Source of the DNA: a virus | Taxonomy: Duplodnaviria > Heunggongvirae > Uroviricota > Caudoviricetes | IMG/VR virus record: IMGVR_UViG_2671181064_000002 | Reading direction: 5' to 3' (one strand) | DNA length: 9,709 nt | Shown: piece after piece, positions 6,552-9,709 of the stretch | Position numbering within the stretch: the stretch's first letter is position 1 | Layout of the letters: every line of letters starts with the position of its first letter | The notes under the pieces: generated by a model | Told to the model about the DNA's origin: nothing | Seen by the model: the letters and a program-made list of their open reading frames with translations, nothing else | The model's database searches: none | Made by a program: the position numbers and the translations under genes

Positions 6552-8281
6552 GCCGGAAATCTTACCCCAACGTAAATGCTGCAAATCAGTATGCCCGGGA
6601 TGTCGTGCGCGGAAAGATTGTTGCCTGCCAGTTTGTGATTCAGGCCTGCCAGCGCCATCTTGATGACCTGATGGCGGAAAAAAGTAAGTCGTTTCGTTAC
6701 CGCTTCGACAAGGACCTGGCTGAACGGGCCGCGAAATTTATTCAGCTGTTGCCGCACACCAAGGGGGAGTGGGCATTCAAACGGATGCCCATCACGCTGG
6801 AGCCGTGGCAGCTATTTGTGATCTGCTGTGCGTTTGGCTGGGTCAATAAAGGCACCCGGTTGCGCCGCTTCCGGGAGGTGTACACCGAAATCCCCCGTAA
6901 GAACGGCAAATCAGCAATCTCTGCCGGTGTTGCCCTGTATTGTTTTGCCTGTGATAACGAGTTTGGCGCGGAAGTGTATTCCGGTGCCACGACAGAGAAA
7001 CAGGCGTGGGAAGTCTTTCGCCCGGCGCGACTGATGTGTAAACGCACACCCATGCTGACGGAAGCGTTCGGGATTGAGGTTAACGCCTCAAACATGAACC
7101 GTCCGGAGGATGGCGCGCGGTTTGAACCGCTGATCGGCAACCCAGGTGATGGTTCATCACCCCACTGTGCCGTGGTTGATGAATATCACGAGCATGCCAC
7201 CGATGCGCTTTATACCACAATGCTTACCGGGATGGGGGCGCGACGTCAGCCACTGATGTGGGCCATCACCACCGCCGGGTACAACATTGAGGGGCCGTGC
7301 TACGACAAGCGGCGGGAAGTCATCGAGATGCTCAACGGCTCGGTGCCTAACGATGAACTGTTCGGGATCATCTATACCGTTGATGAAGGTGACGACTGGA
7401 CCGGCCCGCAGGTGCTGGAAAAAGCCAATCCAAATATTGGCGTGTCGGTTTATCGCGAATTTTTGTTAAGTCAGCAGCAGCGTGCGAAAAATAACGCCCG
7501 TCTGGCAAACGTCTTTAAAACAAAACACCTCAATATCTGGGTGTCGGCGCGTTCGGCGTATTTCAACTTGGTGAGCTGGCAGAGCTGCGAGGATAAATCA
7601 CTGACCCTTGAGCAGTTCGAGGGGCAGCCGTGCATTCTGGCCTTTGACCTGGCGCGTAAGCTGGATATGAACAGCATGGCGCGACTTTATACCCGCGAGA
7701 TTGACGGTAAAACGCATTACTACAGTGTGGCCCCGCGTTTCTGGGTACCGTATGACACGGTGTACAGCGTCGAGAAAAATGAAGATCGACGGACAGCCGA
7801 ACGCTTTCAGAAATGGGTGGAAATGGGCGTTCTGACCGTTACCGATGGTGCGGAGGTGGATTATCGCTACATCCTCGAGGAGGCCAAAGCGGCGAACAAA
7901 ATCAGCCCGGTCAGTGAGTCACCCATCGACCCCTTCGGGGCGACCGGGTTGTCACATGACCTTGCTGATGAAGACCTGAATCCCGTCACTATCGTCCAGA
8001 ACTTCACCAATATGTCCGATCCGATGAAAGAGCTGGAAGCAGCGATTGAATCGGGACGTTTTCATCATGACGGCAATCCCATCATGACCTGGTGTATCGG
8101 CAACGTGGTCGGCAAAAACATGCCGGGTAACGATGATGTGGTGAAACCCGTCAAAGAGCAGGCGGAAAACAAAATCGATGGTGCAGTTGCGCTGATTATG
8201 GCGGTTGGCAGAGCCATGCTGTACGAGAAAGAAGACACGCTGTCTGACCACATTGAGTCCTACGGGATCCGCTCGCTTTAA
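6548..8281 (+). CDS. terL: Terminase large subunit (ATPase/nuclease, HK97-like Terminase_1 type)
   Basis: 577-aa ORF with Walker A-like PRKNGKS and Walker B-like AVVDEYHE; translationally coupled to terS. Confidence 0.95.
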   Translation: MSRKSYPNVNAANQYARDVVRGKIVACQFVIQACQRHLDDLMAEKSKSFRYRFDKDLAERAAKFIQLLPHTKGEWAFKRMPITLEPWQLFVICCAFGWVNKGTRLRRFREVYTEIPRKNGKSAISAGVALYCFACDNEFGAEVYSGATTEKQAWEVFRPARLMCKRTPMLTEAFGIEVNASNMNRPEDGARFEPLIGNPGDGSSPHCAVVDEYHEHATDALYTTMLTGMGARRQPLMWAITTAGYNIEGPCYDKRREVIEMLNGSVPNDELFGIIYTVDEGDDWTGPQVLEKANPNIGVSVYREFLLSQQQRAKNNARLANVFKTKHLNIWVSARSAYFNLVSWQSCEDKSLTLEQFEGQPCILAFDLARKLDMNSMARLYTREIDGKTHYYSVAPRFWVPYDTVYSVEKNEDRRTAERFQKWVEMGVLTVTDGAEVDYRYILEEAKAANKISPVSESPIDPFGATGLSHDLADEDLNPVTIVQNFTNMSDPMKELEAAIESGRFHHDGNPIMTWCIGNVVGKNMPGNDDVVKPVKEQAENKIDGAVALIMAVGRAMLYEKEDTLSDHIESYGIRSL

Positions 8282-8292
8282 CTGAGGTAATT

Positions 8293-8475
8293 ATGATCAT
8301 GCTGATTCTCGCGCCTCTGGTGGGCGTGCTGGGTGCGCTTTTGCTGGCGTATGGTGCCTGGCTGATTTATCCCCCGGCGGGTTTTGTTGTTGCCGGGGCG
8401 CTGTGCCTGTTCTGGTCGTGGCTGGTGGCGCGATATCTCGACCGTACACGGCAGTCTGTCGGCGGAGGTAAATAG
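8293..8475 (+). CDS. Hypothetical small membrane protein (60 aa, two predicted TM helices)
   Basis: GAGGT (8284-8288) before ATG 8293. Two hydrophobic stretches ([23 protein letters not shown] and [19 protein letters not shown]). Stop TAG 8473-8475 overlaps the candidate portal start GTG 8475. Confidence 0.5.
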   Translation: MIMLILAPLVGVLGALLLAYGAWLIYPPAGFVVAGALCLFWSWLVARYLDRTRQSVGGGK

Positions 8476-9631
8476 TGTTCTTTTCGGGATTATTTCAACG
8501 AAAAAGCGATGTGCCGGTGACCACGCCAGCAGAACTGCTGATGCTATCGGGCTGTCATACGACACCTATACCGGAAAGCGGATCAGTAGCCAGCGGGCCA
8601 TGCGCCTGACGGCGGTCTATTCTTGCGTCAGGGTGCTGGCAGAGTCTGTTGGTATGCTGCCCTGCAGTCTCTACAAAATCAGCGGTACCCTGAAAACACG
8701 GGCGGTGGATGAACGACTGCATAAGTTGGTTTCGGCAAAACCTAATGGCTACATGACACCGCAGGAATTCTGGGAGCTGGTTATTGTCTGCCTGTGTCTA
8801 CGGGGGAATTTTTACGCCTACAAGGTAAAGGCACTGGGAGAAGTGGTGGAGCTTCTTCCGATAGATCCGGGCTGTGTGGAACCGAAGCTGAACAGCCAGT
8901 GGCAGCCGGTTTATCAGGTGACGTTTCCGGATGGTTCCGTGGATGTGTTGACCCAGAATGAAATCTGGCATGTGCGCACCCTGACGCTGGATGGACTTGT
9001 CGGGCTGAATCCCATTGCGTATGCGCGTGAGGCCATTTCACTGGCAGCGGCAACCGAGGAGCACGGTGCCAGGTTGTTTAGTAATGGTGCGGTGACATCC
9101 GGTGTGTTGCGTACGGAACAAAAGCTCACGCCGGATGCTTACGAGCGTCTGAAGAAAGATTTTGAGGAGTGTCACACGGGGCTTGGCAATGCTCACCGCC
9201 CGATGATTCTGGAAATGGGGCTGGACTGGAAGTCGATGGCGCTGAACGCCGAGGACAGTCAGTTCCTGGAAACCCGCAAGTTTCAGCTGGAAGAAATCTG
9301 TCGTCTGTTCCGGGTGCCGTTGCACATGGTGCAGAACACCGATCGCGCCACCTTCAACAATATCGAAGAGCTGGGGCTGGGATTTATCAACTATTCACTG
9401 GTGCCGTATCTGACCCGCATCGAACAGCGGATCAACACCGGACTGGTACGAAAAAGTAAGCAGGGCGTTTATTACGCCAAATTTAACGCCGGGGCGTTAC
9501 TGCGCGGGGATATGAAGTCCCGTTTTGAAGCCTACGCCACCGGGATCAACTGGGGAATTTACTCTTCCAATGACTGCCGCGACCTGGAAGATATGAATCC
9601 GCGTCCCGGTGGTGTAATGCCGATCAGTTAA
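8475..9631 (+). CDS. Portal protein, HK97 family; apparent frameshift near the 5' end (possible pseudogene or sequence error)
   Basis: Main body is the frame-2 ORF 8384-9631 with portal-like sequence (TGKRISSQRAMRLTAVYSCVRVLAE...). The best start, GTG 8475 with GGAGG 6 nt upstream, opens frame 0 ([26 protein letters not shown]...), which stops at 8607-8609. The two frames are both open only across 8475-8606. Confidence 0.8.
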
Positions 9632-9663
9632 GGATCAGTTGACCGATCCAGTGGCTGTGTAAG

Positions 9664-9699
9664 AATCCGGAAACGCTCACTTGTTTCCGGATTTTTTTA
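9664..9699 (+). terminator. Strong intrinsic terminator immediately downstream of the portal gene
   Basis: Perfect 10-bp stem ATCCGGAAAC (9665-9674) / GTTTCCGGAT (9683-9692), 8-nt loop, then a T-run to 9698. Confidence 0.7.
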
Positions 9700-9709
9700 T
9701 GCACATTGG

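Noticed and set aside
5835-6757. Minus-strand ORFs 5835-6239, 6038-6250 and 6317-6757 across the HNH/TerS/TerL region
   Set aside because: Antisense to well-supported forward genes and across the GC-rich hairpin; no RBS. They reflect the absence of stops in GC-rich antisense frames.
6742-9325. Other internal and antisense ORFs inside terL and portal (for example 6742-7140 -, 7952-8251 -, 8278-8565 -, 9038-9325 -, 9169-9459 +)
   Set aside because: Nested within long forward genes of clear identity; no independent start signals or motifs.

Overview
All credible genes lie on the + strand and form a compact, translationally coupled lambdoid prophage segment of enterobacterial type (DLP12 / phage-21-like lysis genes, HK97-like packaging genes). 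Order: DnaB-family replicative helicase; small coiled-coil ORF; RusA Holliday-junction resolvase; Q-type late antiterminator; candidate late promoter pR' and short-transcript terminator tR'; a cargo (moron) gene for an ORF6N-domain protein with its own terminator; a four-tRNA array (Ile2-CAU, Arg-UCU, Thr-UGU, Gly-UCC); a 220-nt run of N (assembly gap) that removes the 5' end of the holin; S21-like pinholin 3' end; SAR endolysin; Rz with embedded Rz1; HNH endonuclease; GC-rich hairpin (candidate cos/terminator); P27-family small terminase; large terminase; a 60-aa two-TM ORF; HK97-family portal; strong intrinsic terminator. I found no CRISPR array, integrase, transposase, or recognisable multi-gene defence system. 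The most interesting items are the ORF6N cargo gene in the slot where Stx phages carry stx, the rare-codon tRNA array, an apparent frameshift near the 5' end of the portal gene, and the small membrane ORF coupled to the portal. Family assignments rest on motifs read by eye and on recalled reference sequences; no database search was run.
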